Source: Cycas panzhihuaensis (Eukaryota; Plantae; Cycadophyta). Taken from it: a DNA stretch of 64,000 bases. Shown here piece after piece: positions 36,790 to 50,922 of the stretch (position 1 is the first letter of the stretch; the number at the start of each line of letters is the position of its first letter). A program made the translations under genes and the position numbers. Location of the stretch: positions 128,037,741-128,101,740 of the forward strand of contig CM041465.1 of assembly GCA_023213395.1 (NCBI GenBank). Direction: 5' to 3'. Below the pieces are notes generated by a model that saw only the letters and a program-made list of their open reading frames with translations, searched no databases and was not told where the DNA came from.

Positions 36790-38447
36790 GCTCTCACACA
36801 TAAGGATATAAAATGAAAATCTAAAGAAATAGAAAGGAAGCCAAATGAAATCTAAGAAATACAAATATTCTTTAATGACGAATGTGAATTTGGTAGTTGA
36901 TAATTGATTAACCTTTACACAAAGAAAGAGGCATTATTTATACAATGAGAGGGCACAATCCTTCATATTTACCTCCACTAAATCCCATGCCATATCATTA
37001 ACCATAATACTAATGTACTTATTAATCATTATATGGACTATTAATTTTTGTGTTATCTTAAACATAGTGTTATACATATATAATGCTACTACAACTAACC
37101 TTAACCTTACTAGTCTCACTTATTTACTTTATAGTTATGAGACATATTGTATTCCCTTCACCTTTAAGAGATGGTTGTCATCAATCATTAATAGAAAGGT
37201 AGAAGATACATATTACCACCCCATATTACTATGTGGATGTGTACGGTCGATGCTTCATCCTTGTGCCAAAATATGGAAATTATTGTTATACCTATTGATA
37301 TAGGAGATTGATACCGCTTGTTCACTAGTGAGTTTCTTGCCTTAAGAATTTTACTTTGATATTATATTCACATATATTAGTTCTTCCAAATAAGATGGGC
37401 TCATAAGGGAGAAGGGTCTATATTATCATGAAATATTTTATCCTAATTCTCATATTCATCTCGAAGAGAACCTTTATTTGATGTTGGTATTAACATATAA
37501 TGCTAGTTGTAAAATACTTATTCTTGAATTTGACTTCTTAGAAAAATAATAGTAGGGTTACATTCTAGTCATTAAAATTGATAAAACCATGAATGCTAAA
37601 GTAATTTTTTTGTCATATTTTTTTCTTTTTTACCCCCCTTAGGTTTAACAAAATAAAACAATTACTATGATTGCAAGATCAATGGCTTACTAGCCAATAT
37701 GTAAACAACCTCAAAATTAAGATTAATAATTTCAAAAAAATAATATCAGTCATCCTAATATTATAAAGCCCAATTTTAAAATTTAAAATTAAGTCTAAAA
37801 TAACTCCAAAAGGGATCATATAATAACTCAAATTAAAACTTCATAAAAAGTAGATCAAATGGATTAGGTTGATTTATATTGTGAGACCATATGAAAGAGT
37901 TATGGAAAAATATATATAAGTATTTATTAAAATTTTAAGATGGTTTTTTAAAGTAGACTTTAACCCCTTCTCAAAGTAAACCTATTCATATTATGTTATG
38001 CACGTGAACACCTACTAATTATTAGGAAGACTAAATAGACTTTAAAAACTTATACAATTGAATATAATTAATCTCAACATTAAAAACAATAAAATTTCTC
38101 TAAAAATTTTATTCACATTCTAGCATAGAATTTTTTATAGTAGTGGCAATGATTTTGGTGAGATCAAGGGTAGATTTAAAACAAATGAGTAATCAAAGAG
38201 CTAATCTAACAATATGAGTATCTACAATTGGACCAACATAGTATGTTAGGGCTTAACAAGTCTTACAAAATGCAATGAAAGTATGAAAAAAGCTTTTAGA
38301 TAATGCACAAGCTACTAGAACTATGGAGAGGGTTATAGATATCATGCAACATGCCAAAGAGTATACAAAGACCATGGGATGCTAAATCTATCCATAGATG
38401 AATTAGGAGGATTGTGAAGATATATTTAGCAACAAAACCTTTAAAAG
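36790..38447 (-). mobile_element. Paralogue of the small family-X LTR element (3' LTR and internal part), cut by the copia insertion at 38448
   Basis: Collinear with 17470-19400, with a ~255-bp deletion near 37517. Homology stops after cctttaaaag (38447). Confidence 0.75.
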
Positions 38448-41135
38448 TGAAAAGAGTTGATCTATCTTTCATCTCCATGTACTATACACAAAGGTAAATA
38501 TGGGAGCAAGAGAGACTCGAGAGAAAGAGAGTAGCTCTCACAACAATGGGGAGGTAAGAATAAGCCTCCTCCATTGAGCTTTTACTTTTATATTGAGAGA
38601 GGCAGCATTAGAGTTAGGTGAAATGAAATTATATATAATGCACATGAAAGTGTATTTTACTTAAGTGATCTAATTTAAAGTTCACTTAAGACTCTTTTAG
38701 GAATAATCAACTAATATAACGACCTTGTGATATTAACCCATTACAATCTTCCCCTTAATGGTAAAAGGTCATTTCATCTTTATTCTATCCTATGAGGTTT
38801 TCATTTGAGCCTCTTACGAAGTAAACTACTATGACACTTTTATGGAAAACCCTCATGGAAAAGAAAAACCATGGACTTTCTAATCTATTAACCTAGCTTA
38901 GGTGGCTCTTTAAATGAAGCTAGACAGCCAATTGGTACAATGAATTTTATAGTTGAAATCTATTGAGTATCCATATACCATTTGGTTATCCTCCATATCC
39001 TTTCAGGTTTTCATAGGTTCTGATTTTCCAAAATGATATAACCCTTATCTTTTCACACCCACAAGGGGATTTTACGAATAGGATAGAGTAGAGACTTACT
39101 TTTGTCCTTTTTCACCCACAATGGGTTTTCATAAATGAGACAAAGTATGATGGTCCTATTTTGATCTCGTTCAATCAATTGGAGATAGAGGTCCTAAGGT
39201 CAAGTTGCCTTCAGAACTATTCAAACTTCACCTTTTATAATAGTTTAGAGAAGATATCGATCACTTCATCTACTGTAGGGCAGTACTCTAATTGAATTAT
39301 GTCATCATGAACTAGTTCTCTAATCCTATGGAATTTCATACTTATATGTTTAGTATGATCATGAAATATAAGATTTTTAGCTATTTAGATTGTAAATTAA
39401 TTATCCACACATAGACTAGTAGGACTTGTTTAGGTGACATTTAAATTCAACAATTTTCTAAACCATTTTACCTCCTTGCTTGTCTTAGAAGCAGTAATAT
39501 ATTTAGCTTTGACAATTGAGTCTACAACTATCTTCTGTCATCTGGATCTCTATGATATTGGTGCTATTCCAAGAAATGCTACGTAAGTGGATGTGGATCT
39601 TTCTGTGTCTTTATCTCTAGCAAAGTCTAAGTCTATTTATGCATAAAGTTTAAATTTTACATTAGGCTCATATAATATACCATATTTGCTAGTCCTCTTC
39701 AGGTACCTCAACACTCATATTATAGCTTGCTAGTGATTCTGCTTAGGATTTGTTATGAATCTTGCAAGAATGTTGATAGAGTATGTGATATCTAACCTTG
39801 TGTTGGTAGTATAGATGAGACTACCTACAAGTTACTTATAGAGTGTTGCATTTGCCTCCCTAGTATTACCATCAGTTGAGAGTTTAACATTAGGTTCCAC
39901 AAGTATAGCCACTGGTTGAGCATCTTCCAACTAAAACTTTGTCAGAAGATTGTTGATATATTTTTCTTGGGAGAGAAAGATTTTGCCACTCTTTTTAGAT
40001 ACTTAATTCTTAAGTAATATTTCATCAACCTGAGGTCAAACCATTCAAAAGTTTTAGCAAGGTCCTTCTTTAACTAGCTGATTACGTATTCACTATTTCT
40101 TATTATTAACATATCATCCATAAAGATTAAGAGGTAAGTGACTTTATCATTTTACCACTTTATAAATAGTGTTGTATCAATATCTTGATAATTACAAACC
40201 TTATATCTAAGTTACCTCATTCTTTCAAACAACTTGGTAAACTAAGCATGAGGGGCTTATTTTAGGCCATACAAGGACTTTTTGAGCCTATAAACCTTAT
40301 GCTCCAAACTAATAATTTCGTATCCTTTTGGTTGAGCCTGTAAATTTCTTCTTTAAGGTCCTTGTTAAGAAATGCGGTCTTAACATTGAGCTGGTGGATT
40401 TTCCAACCTTGTTGAGTAGCCAAGGTTATAAGAGTTCCGATTGTAGGTCACTTGGTTGTAGGAGCAAAGATTTCATTGTAGTCAATGCCTTCCCTTTGTA
40501 TGAATCCTTTTGCTACCAACCTTGCCTTGTATTTTTCTAGGGTGTCATTTGATCTATATTTATTTTTAAATACCTATTTATTTCGAACTACCTTTCTTCT
40601 AAGTGGTAGATCAATAAGATCCCATGTATTGTTCTTAATAAGAGATTGGTACTCTTCATTCATAGAATTTCTTCAAGCTGCACGCTTTACAACTTCTTGG
40701 TATATTAAGGGCTCTTCATTGAGAGCAAGGTACAATTCTGTTGGTTTAAACTCAATGGAAAGTGATTCGTATATCCTTGCTCTATGGGCACTTCTAATGC
40801 CAATTTTGCCTACTTCATCTAGTTGCATGTCCTTCTATAGCTGGTAGGCTTTATGAAAACCTCAAATTGGGAATGAGGTTTTCATTTCCACAACCTCTTG
40901 GTCTTTATTTTGATCCTGAAAAGGATTATGTGAAATATTTAGCACAGAGAAAGTTGACATTATTGGAGAAGATGGGTCAACCACTAATGTTGGAGAAGGT
41001 GGTCCTTTTATTATGGCTTTGCCTTTATCAACTTGGTTATTCTCAAATGATGGTGTTAGATCTATACATATCGGTTGGAAGTCACAACTTGTATCCTCTA
41101 GGGCTCTATTGTCAGATTCCAAGATTTTGAGTAAC

Positions 41136-41817
41136 TATTGAGAAGATAAAGTCCCAACCCTTAAGCTGCCACCAAGATTTAAACTATTCTTACAACTAGT
41201 TACAGGAATCAAAACTAAAATTTAACATGCAAGCTCTTAAAACCAGAGATAAAATAATAAAATGAACAAGAAATCCGAGAGATAAAATAATAAAATAGAC
41301 AAGAAATCCAAGCTTCATATATACACCTTATATAACATGGTAAAACCCTAGTGGTGTTCTAGGGAAACATCCACACATGAAAGGTATCGATCTTTATTAT
41401 CGTAGAATGGAGAAAATGTATATAATCCTGTAGCAGAATGCTCACAATAACAACAACCAATCGCCTAACTCCTCACAGTACATTGAACACTATCAACATA
41501 TTGAAAAATGCCCTAAATCAAGCTATATGAGAGGGTCATCTAAGGCATAAATCTTGACTGTTGAATCTAGAGTATTTTGAGCAAATGACCCTTATTCTCT
41601 TTACAATTTAATATATTTTCGAGTGCTAAATTTTTGGGTCAGGGGCTATCCCCCCTAAACCCCCTCTTTGTGGGGGGTGTTCCATGCTCCCCGCATCCCC
41701 TAGCCACGGGGGGCTCTCGCCCCGCTTGGAACCCCACAAGGAAGGTTTGGGGGGGAAATCGTGCTACCAACATGTCAAAATTTTAGCCTTCAACCATTTT
41801 TATCACATTACCTAACA
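41136..41817 (-). repeat. 3' LTR of nested copia
   Basis: tattgagaagat...cctaaca, a direct repeat of 45865-46483. Confidence 0.92.
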
Positions 41818-41879
41818 ATCTCTACATTGATAATAATTTATCTGGTACCTTTCCTAGACCCTCCATCACCTTTTCTGCA

Positions 41880-44800
41880 AGCCAAGAGAAGTCAAACACC
41901 ATTTGAACTTCTCTAATAGTACTGATTTTGTAAACATATCAGTATAATTTTATTTTGTGTTAACCTTCTCAAATGCCACTTCACCTACTTCCACAATCTG
42001 TCTAACAAAATGGTACTTAAGAATAATATGCTTTGTCCTACTATGATAATCTAGATTCTTGGCTAGGTAAATGGCACTTTGACTGTCACAAAATACCTTT
42101 ACCTTTTCTTGTTTCCTTCCAATCTCATCCAATAGACCTTGTAACCAGATTGCTTCTTTGCAAGTATATGCTGCAGCAACATATTCAACTTCTATAGTCG
42201 ATAATACAATTATACTCTACAATTTTGACATCTAACTAACTAGACCATTTGCAAGAGTGAATATATAAGTTGAAGTAGATCTTCTCTTATCTAAATCTCC
42301 CATAAAGTATAAATCAACATATCCACAAACTTGATTACTTATACCTCCAAAGGTGATGCAATAGTTATTTATGCCTCTCAAATACCGAAGCACCAATTTC
42401 ACTACTGCTCAATGTTCCTTTCCTAGATTTACCATAAACCTGCTAACTACACTGATTTCATGTGAAATGTTAGGTCTTGTACATACCATGATATACATCA
42501 AACTTCCTATTACACTGGCATAAGGCACATAAGACATATAATCCTTTTCTTCTTCATTATTAGGACTCATACTCAAAGAAAGTTTGAAATAAGAAGCCAA
42601 TAAGATATTCACTGGTTTCACGTTTGCCATACCAAACTTGGTTAGAACCTTCTCCACATATTTCTGTTATGATAACCATAGATTACCATTTTTCCTGTCT
42701 CTATGTATCTATATATCTAAGATTTATTTCATAACTCCTAGATCCTTCATATCAAAAGTCCTAGCTAATTGAGCCTTTAACTTATTGATTTCTTCTATGC
42801 TCTTGCTTCCAACTAACATGTTATTAACATACAATACCAAGATAATGAATAAGACATTGTCCATGAATTTAAAGTAAACACAATGATCATACTCACTTAT
42901 TTTGAAATTTTGGCTCTCTATAAAGGCATCAAACTTCTTGTACCATTTCCTGGGTGATTACTTCAAGCCATACGATGATTTCTTGAGCCTGCAAACAAGT
43001 CTTTTTCTACCATCTTGTACAAACCCTTATGGATGATCCATATAGATCTCCTCATCTAAATCTCCATGTAGAAAAGTTGTTTTTACATCTAACTACTCCA
43101 ACTCCAAATCAAGAGAAGCTACCAATGCTAACATCACTCGAATTAAAAACAAGTTTGACAACTGGTGAAAAGATTTCATGAAAGTCAATACCTGCTTTAT
43201 GTGCAAAGCCTTTAGCCACCAGTCTTGCCATGTATTTGTCAACCTTTCCATCAACATATATTTTCATCTTAAAACCCACCTGCAACCAATAGACTTCCTA
43301 CCATATGGAAGTTCTACCAAGTCCCATGAATTATTTTTCTTCAAAGCATCTATCTCTTCCTACATAACCCTCTTCCACTTCTCACTATGGATATCATTTA
43401 CAGCTTCTTGATAACATGTAGGCTCACCATCTTTAGAAATCAAAGCAATATAAATAGAAGGGTTATACCTGCCAGGTGGATGACTAACTCGAGTAGATCT
43501 TCTAACTGCTGGTAGAGGAGTGTCCACATACTCCTATAAATCTGTTATAAATTCATCTTAAGAAAGATCTTCTTACTCTTTTGATTCTAAAGATGGATGG
43601 GTTTCAAACTTGACTTGTTGATGTTTAACTTTGTGCTTCTATTTCACTTTAACTTCTACACTGTCCAATTTTAGAAGGGTAGATTCATCAAATACAACAT
43701 CTCTGTTAATGGTGATTTTATAGGTAGTAGGATCCCATAACCTGTATCCTTTCACACCATCTTTATCACCATAACCCACAAAGATACATCTCTTAGATTT
43801 TGGGTCTAACTTTAAACATTTACTTTTATTAATCTAGGCATAAGCATCGCAACTAAAAACTTTCAAATTTGAATAGTCATATGGATGTCTAGTCCATACC
43901 TCTTCAAGAATCTTATAATCTATTGCAAGTGATGGTGACCTGTTTACCAAATAGTAAGTTGTTTGAACAACTTCTGCACACAAGCCCTACTCCACTCTAG
44001 CATTACTTAGCATGCTTCTTGCTCTTTCCAAGAGTGTCTTATTCATGCGCTTAGTAATGCCATTTTGCTGCGGAGTATAGCTAGTGGTCTTGTGCCCTTT
44101 GATCCCAGATTCTCTACAATAATTCTCAAACTCTAAGAAGTTGAACTCACCTCCATTGTCAGTTCTTAAACATTTGATTGACTTATCAGTGTTGTTCTTA
44201 ACTAAAGCCTTGAACTACTTAAACATGATGAAAACTTCAAATTTCCTTTTTAAGAAATAGACCCATACCTTTCTGGAGTAATCATCTATAAATATGACAA
44301 AGTACAATGATCCTCCATAAGATATTGTAGGGGTTGGTCCCCATACATCTGATTGTATGTAATCTAGAACACCTTTACTAGTATGACTCCCTACTTTAAA
44401 CCTGATTTTACACTGCTTTCCAAAAATATAATGTTTACAGAAAGCCAAATCTGAAAGTTGTAAGTTAGGAAGTAACATATGGTTTATTAGTACCTTAAGT
44501 CCTCTCTCACCCATGTGCCCAAGTCTCAGATACTATAACTGAGCTGGATCTTCTGTAGTCTTTAATACTATAGATGCATGGCTAACATCTGTACTTCCCA
44601 CTAAAATGTAAAGGTTTCCTTTCTTTAAGGCTTTCACAAAAACCAAGGTGCCCTTTGATACCTTTAAGACCCCTTCATGACCTATATGCTTATAACCACC
44701 TGAATCTAGTTTACCTAAGGAAATCAGATTCCTTTTCAAATTAGGTACATGTCTAACCTCAGTTAATATTCTCACTACACCATCGAGCATCTTACTTTTG

Positions 44801-45792
44801 ATGCTACTAATGCCCACTGTCTTACAAGAAACTTCATTTCCCAAAAGTACATCACCACCATCAAGAGGTTGGTATGATGAGAACCAACTCTTATGTGGAC
44901 ACATGTGGTGTGAAGCACCTAAATCTAATAACCAGTCATGGTGATAATGGGAAACATTATAAGTGACCAAGACATCATTATCCATACCTTGATTTGACTC
45001 CACCCGATTAGCCTCCTTAGTAGGATCTTCCTTGTTCTGGAACTCATTTCTTTTGAAGCAATCCTTCTTAAGGTGACTTGTCTTATTACAGTACCAACAC
45101 TTGAGCTTACTATTCTTACCTTTTGACTTCGACCTCGATATATCCCTAGAGCTGTATCCTCTATCAATTGTTCTACCCCTTTCTATCATAGCTTCTGATG
45201 TGGAGGTTTCAAGACTAGACTTCCTCCACACTTCTTCCATCAATAAAGCACTCATAACAAAATTATATTTTAATTCGTCTATAGTGCTAAAACTAATTGA
45301 GATGATAATATTATCCCAGGATTCTGGTAATGAGCATAACAAGGTAACAACCTTATCCTCATCCTCAGTTTTAACATTGATACTGTCCAATTAACAAATA
45401 AGAGTATTAAAAATATTTAAATAGTCAGCAATTTTTATAACTTCCTTCATCCATAATGAGTATAACTACCTCTTCAAGTAGATTTGATTCATCATTGATT
45501 TGGTCATATACAGGCCTTCCAATTGGGTCCATAATCCTACTACTGTCTGCTTCCCTATGATGTTAAATAGAACTTCATCGACCAAGTATAATCGTATTGT
45601 ATTAAGAGCCTTCTTGTCTAGATCATCCCATTCGTCATTGTTCATCCCTACGGGTTTCTTTATCTTACCTGCAAGAGCTCTGTATAAACCTTGTTGTACA
45701 AGAACATCATACACTTTCAACTTCCACAACTCAAAGTTGTTCTTGCCATTGAATTTCTCCACCTCAAACTTTGCACTTACTAGTTTCACCAT
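41880..45792 (-). pseudogene. copia gag-pol polyprotein, disrupted
   Basis: KFEVEKFNGKNNFELWK; CWYCNKTSHLKKDC knuckle; WLLDLGASHHMC protease; SDVWGP...FIDDYSRKVWVYFLK integrase; PYASVIGSLMY.MVCTRP RT; CDSQSAI..YHSRTKHI RNase H. Confidence 0.95.
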
Positions 45793-45850
45793 TTGGTGTA
45801 GTAGAAGCTGATACTAAAACCTTCACAAACTCGCTGCAAAAATAAAAGTG

Positions 45851-45862
45851 GCTCTAATACCA
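45851..45862 (-). promoter_or_regulatory. Primer-binding site (tRNA-iMet type)
   Basis: TGGTATTAGAGC, 2 nt inside the 5' LTR end, one transition away from TGGTATCAGAGC. Confidence 0.85.
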
Positions 45863-45864
45863 CT

Positions 45865-46483
45865 TGTTGAGAAGATAAGGTCCCAACCCTTAAACTACCA
45901 CTAAGATCTAAATTATTCTTGTAACTAGTTACAGGAATCGAAACTAAAATTTAACATGCAAGTTCTTAAAACCATAGATAAAATAATAAAATGATCAAGA
46001 AAGCCAAGCATCACATATACACCTAATATAATATGGTAAAACCCTAGCAGTGTGCTAGGGAAACATCTACACAAGAAAAGTATCGATCTTTATTGTTATA
46101 GAATGGATAAAATGTATATAATCCTATAGTAGAGTACTCACAATAACAACAACCAGTGGCCCAACTCCTCACAGTACATTGAACACTATCAACATAATAA
46201 AAAATGCCCTAAATCAGGCTACATGAGAGGGTCATCCAAGGCACAAATCTTGACCATAGAATCTAGGGTATTTTGAGCAAACGACCCTGATTCTTTTTAC
46301 AATTTAATATACTTTCCAGTGCTAAAATTTTAGGTCAGGGGATTTACTTTTTCCCCCGCATCCCCCTGGCCAAGGGGGGCTCCCGCCCCCCTTGGAACCC
46401 CCTGAAGAAGGTTTGGGAAGAAAACCGCACTACCAACATGTCAAAATTTTAGCCTCCAACCATTGTTGTCACATTACCTAACA
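45865..46483 (-). repeat. 5' LTR of nested copia
   Basis: tgttgagaagat...cctaaca, adjacent to the PBS. Confidence 0.92.
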
Positions 46484-47263
46484 CTAACTGTTGAGCATCT
46501 CTCCCATTCTAAATTTTAGAATCTAGACATCAAATTTAGTAGCATTATTAAATTGATAGAAAGGCATCTTAGAGTCAAGTCTGGGTAATTAATCTTTAAT
46601 ATCTACAAAAATAACATCTCTAGTGATGATGATTTTGTATTATGAAGGTAGAAAAACCTTGTATTCCTTTCTATCCATAGGATATCTAACAAAGATGCCT
46701 TTAAGGTCTCTATCTTGAAGCTTGTTTCTGTGTTCCTTTAAAATATAAGCATAACAAGTAGAGCAAAAAATTTTGAAGTGGAAGATATAGGGGATTTGTC
46801 CATACCACATTTCATGTAGAGAGGGGTTAAGCTTGGAGGGACTGATAGTGTTGATGTAATACACAATAGTCCAGATAGCCTTAACCCAAAGATAAATAGG
46901 GACATACTTGTATATCATTATATCATGAGCCATGTTTATAATAGTCCCATTCATGCACTCAGCAACTCCATTTTATTACGGTGTACCTGCAATAATAGTC
47001 TGATATTTGATCCTATGGTGATGTGGGTATGATTCAAACTCATTGGAGGTGTACTCACCACCATTATCAGTCCTAAGTATTTTGATCTTAAATTCAGATT
47101 TATTTTTCATACAGGCCTTGAAAGCTTGAAACATAGAAAAAGCTTCATCTTTCTTTACAAGAAAAGTAACCCATACTTTCTTGGTAAAATCATCAATGAA
47201 AGTAATATAGTAATACTTTTGTTTGAGAGAAGGGATGCACATAAAACCACATATATGCCATTT

Positions 47264-48546
47264 TGAAGGCTCCCTTTGGTTGCCCAAACCAGTGCTGTCA
47301 TAAGTTGCAGCGCTGATTTGGGACCTCTTGCTCAGGTTTAGGCATCACCCATAAGTCCCAACCGCTGGTTTTTGCTTCACCTTTTCTTCCCAGTCACCCG
47401 GTTTGCTCCTCATAGCATCCCGGTTAGCCGCGGGCGTCCTTGGGCCTCTCCGTGCCCCTTTTGCTGTTGTTTCCAGCCCTTGCTCTTGACTTTATCCTCG
47501 CTGCCTCATGGCTCTTGAGGGGAGGTTAGGGCACCATTTGCGGGAGGTAGGCCACTCCAAGGCTTACCCAATCATCTACTGTCACCTTGGTCACTTTCTT
47601 TTGGTACTTTCATTGTTGGATTAGCACTAACGCATGTATATTCAAATTCTCGTTTATGTTATTTAGGCATATATTGTTAGAGTTTTGTGTTGCATGTTAG
47701 TGCTCTTCCTTCAGAGAGAGAGAGACCGCTATTGCTTGCAGGTATTCGGGAAGTGCGGAGAACATCACCCGTTGGCCTCGTTACCGGTAAGCACCTTTGT
47801 ATGCGTTATATTTTTATGCTGCTTCATTTATTAGTTGGTGCTTCCTTTCTTTCTTGACATTGCATTTGATTTTCCGGGGAAGGTAAGGAAGCCCCTCTCT
47901 TTCGCCCATCGCAACATCTCGCATCCAGTACGTCGCGCGAAGTGGTTGGGTGCTCCTCGAGAAGGCTTCTTCATCATGCACGCCCTCGGCCCAGGTGCAC
48001 GTTTCGTTCCCCTTCGCTACCTCCTTTCCGCCTTTTATTTTTCTTGTAGTAACTAGTACATTGAAAGATAAAAAGGGAAAATTGGTTTGGTACTTGTTTG
48101 CGATTCGTTTGTCTTGTTACATGTATCTTTACCATTCGTAGGAAAGATTGTAGGAGCCCTCTTCTCCCCTACCTTTCCTTGTCTCTCCTTAACCACACAA
48201 GTGCCTTGCTTTTCGCATCACTCGTGTACCCGGTTAGGTTGTGTAGGCATACTCTTGGCTTATCTCCATTAGGTCCCCTCTCTCCCCCTTCTGGCCACCC
48301 AAGGGTGGGAGGGTCCTACTCCTAGGTTAACCCAGGTTTGCCCTACACACCTTCACCCCTTGTTTGAAGCGGTGAAGGGTCACCCAATAGTAGCCATACT
48401 CCATTGCAGATCCCGAACTCGCGCTCCGGCGCACGGGGCACTCTGCGTGATAGTTACTCACCTTTTAGGTTCCATCTTCTATCATTTCACCACTCACTCT
48501 CCCCCACACCTATCAGTTAGGTAGTTATCCTGTAGCAGCGCATCCA
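47264..48546 (+). repeat. 5' LTR of Tat element (possibly 5'-truncated)
   Basis: tgaaggctccc...gcgcatcca, followed by c + PBS. Confidence 0.9.
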
Positions 48547-48547
48547 C

Positions 48548-48560
48548 TGGCGACCATCTT
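48548..48560 (+). promoter_or_regulatory. Primer-binding site, probably tRNA-Arg type
   Basis: TGGCGACCA... directly after the LTR. A TGGCGAC start is the pattern known for Tat/Ogre Arg-primed PBSs. Confidence 0.65.
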
Positions 48561-48720
48561 GAGGGCTGCCCGAGAAGGGAGCTAGTTCCGCTCTCTTCGG
48601 TTGGTTTCGCTACTCTTGTGTGATCCTTTTTATACCTATCTAGATCTCCGTGTTGGGCAGCCCCCAATGCATGTGTTTTATCTCTCTTTCTCTTTTCCCA
48701 ACATCGTCGATTGACCTTGC

Positions 48721-50922
48721 ATGCGACGTTTTTCTCGTCGTTTGTGCGGTCTACCTCCTTTGTTAGAAGACCCCGAGTATCGCCTTCTTGCTTCGTCGGA
48801 TTCCGATCCGACTATGGAGGGATACTCTTCCGATTGGACCTACCACACTTCAACCTTGGAAACCCATGCCTTTCCTTCTACTATTCCTGGGTCCACCCAA
48901 GTGGGTGACGAACCCCTTTATTACCCAAATGACCAACACCTTTCACTTGATGCCCATCCTTCTACCGATGCTGTGGAAGGATTCGTTCCTCTTAAGGCTT
49001 GCCACGTAGTTGGCGATTCTTATGAGGAACATTCCGAGGAACCTACTTTATTCGAGGTTCCGATCATCTCTTACGAGTATGTAGGGACTCCTCCTATCGA
49101 CGTAGTTGAAGCTCTTAATGAGTATCACCGCGCGGCACGCTTGTAGCCGCGCCCTGGATGGCTTGAGGATGCCCTTCGTGGAGGAGCCTCTTCCTCTTCC
49201 GCTCCTCCGCCGCATGCCTCATCCTCATCTACCCTTCCTGTGACAACAAATCCCTTCGTGCCTACACGTATGTCCCACTCGTTTCATATTCCTGCAGTGG
49301 GGCCACGTGTTGCACCTTCCGTCCCTCATCAAGGTCCTAATGCCTTAGGATCTTCTCATGGTGTGTCTTTCCCTCAATTGAGGGTTAGCATACCCGCTCC
49401 TAATCAAACCAATGTGCCATCCCCTAACGTGGTGCATACCATTCCTAGTAGGCATGCCGGTCCTATTAGCCTTCTAATCACTAGTTATGTGGGACCCACT
49501 CCCACGCATCCTCCAACCCAGCACGTTGGTGCTTCCTTCTACGTTCCCCCAAGGTATACTTCTCAACCTTGGGGGCAGGGTAGAGGAAGCCGTCTTCCCG
49601 TTTATGGGGTGGATCCGCTACACCCATATGGGGTCGCTCCACCTACGGGTGGCCCATATGGGCAAAACCCGGTTCCACATCCCGCTTGCCCATCTTCCAA
49701 CGTAATTCCATCCATTATGCCTTCGCAAGGGAACCTGACTCTCTTCCAAGGCGCATATCCCCACGCCTCTTTTTAGCAAGGGGCGCTTCCTCAAGGAGGG
49801 ATGGGTGTCCCACCCTCATCCGCTCCTTGTGCGTTACCTACTTCAACATTCGTTGATCCTACGGTTCAGGCAAGGGCGCGCCCCTTCATGGACTTTAGGT
49901 CAACCCCTCTTTCGGTTGAGGCGTTGCGAACCAACTTGCCGTCTCATCCTCCTGAAGTTCCTAGATTCGATGGGACTTCGTCGCAAGACCTAGCGGAGCA
50001 TGTTCGTAGTTTTTCTATGGCATGCATCGATTACTGGGCTTACGACCATATCTTGATAAAACTTTTCCCGCGATCCTTACAGGGAGACGCCCTCAAATGG
50101 TTCTACCGTCTCCCTGCCCACTCAATCCATTCATTCCAGCAATTGGTGGACAAGTTTGTCAACTATTTTGACGTAGCTCGTCCATTCGAGAGCGGAATGA
50201 AGTCCCTTCTTTCGCTTAAACAAGGTCACGATGAGATGAATCGCGACTTTGTGTGGCGATTCCACGACTTGCTTCACTCCACTAAGGCAACATTGCCCGA
50301 GGAGCTGAAGCGAGATCTGTTCGTCAATGCACTTCGTCCCGAAGTCCACGTGGAAGTCCTCAAGATGGGGGTGACCACATGTGACTCTGCGATCGCTAAG
50401 TGCTTGGCGTTGGAGGCTATTGAGATCCAAGCTGGTCTCAAGAAACCTCTTAAGCCCTCACAACGCCGTGAGGTACCACCCCCTACCAAGGATAACAAAC
50501 CTTCCCAACCGACTCGGTCTTCCTCTCATCCTACCGAGAGGACTTTAGACCCTCTCACATCAGCTATACGCTCATTCGAGCATACGATGAAGGAGCTCAA
50601 GCTTCAAGGTCCTTCATCCCCTACATCAAACAAACAAGTCCAACAAACTACCCAAGCTCCTCTTCCTAGGAATGGAAACGCCCAGTCCTCTCAAGCGAGA
50701 AGGTCTGACCCTCCGCTTGAGAAGAAGTGGTGCTCCATTCATGGAGATTGCTTTCACGACGATTCGCGTTGTAGGGCCCAGCATCCAAAGGATGCCCCTC
50801 GACGCGATTCTTCTCCCAAACGGGCCTCAAGGCCTAATTTGGATCAGCCAGTTCATAAGGATCCGTTCCCTAAACACGGGGAATGCGATTGTAATACCCA
50901 AACCAAGAACAACCGAAACTGA
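48721..50922 (+). pseudogene. Tat gag (Pro-rich N-terminus, Retrotrans_gag core, CHHC knuckle) with two in-frame TAG stops
   Basis: ORFs 48721-49146, 49240-49776 and 49801-50922 share one frame. KLFPRSLQGDALKWF..LP..SI.SF.QL...F, LKQG.DE..RDF..RF, WCSIHGDCFHDDSRC. Confidence 0.9.

Larger units (their letters stand above)
41136..46483 (-). mobile_element. Complete nested Ty1/copia (Tnt1/Tork-like), decayed
   Basis: LTRs 41136-41817 and 45865-46483; TSD gtaac (41131-41135) / ctaac (46484-46488); PBS tggtattagagc at 45851-45862; gag-PR-INT-RT-RH order. Confidence 0.95.
38448..47263 (-). mobile_element. Ty1/copia element, 5'-truncated (3' LTR 38448-38745, PPT 38747-38755, RH-RT ~39190-40750, INT split by a nested copia)
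   Basis: TG...CA LTR followed by the PPT complement tcttcccct. RT motifs YKARLVAK, VYRLKKSLYGLK*AP, VGSLIYTTNTRLDI. INT ICG...YYITFIDDF.KKVWV...IKILRTDNGGEY (46976-47260), cut at the Tat LTR. Confidence 0.9.

Noticed and set aside
27222-37152. Long terminal inverted repeats of a MULE/foldback element (X+ at 27222, X- at ~36790-37152)
   Set aside because: X has TG...CA ends and is associated with a PBS and PPT, so these are independent LTR copies in opposite orientations.
47835-48325. Small ORFs duplicated at 57483-57973
   Set aside because: They lie inside the two LTRs, have non-ATG starts and show no domain signal.
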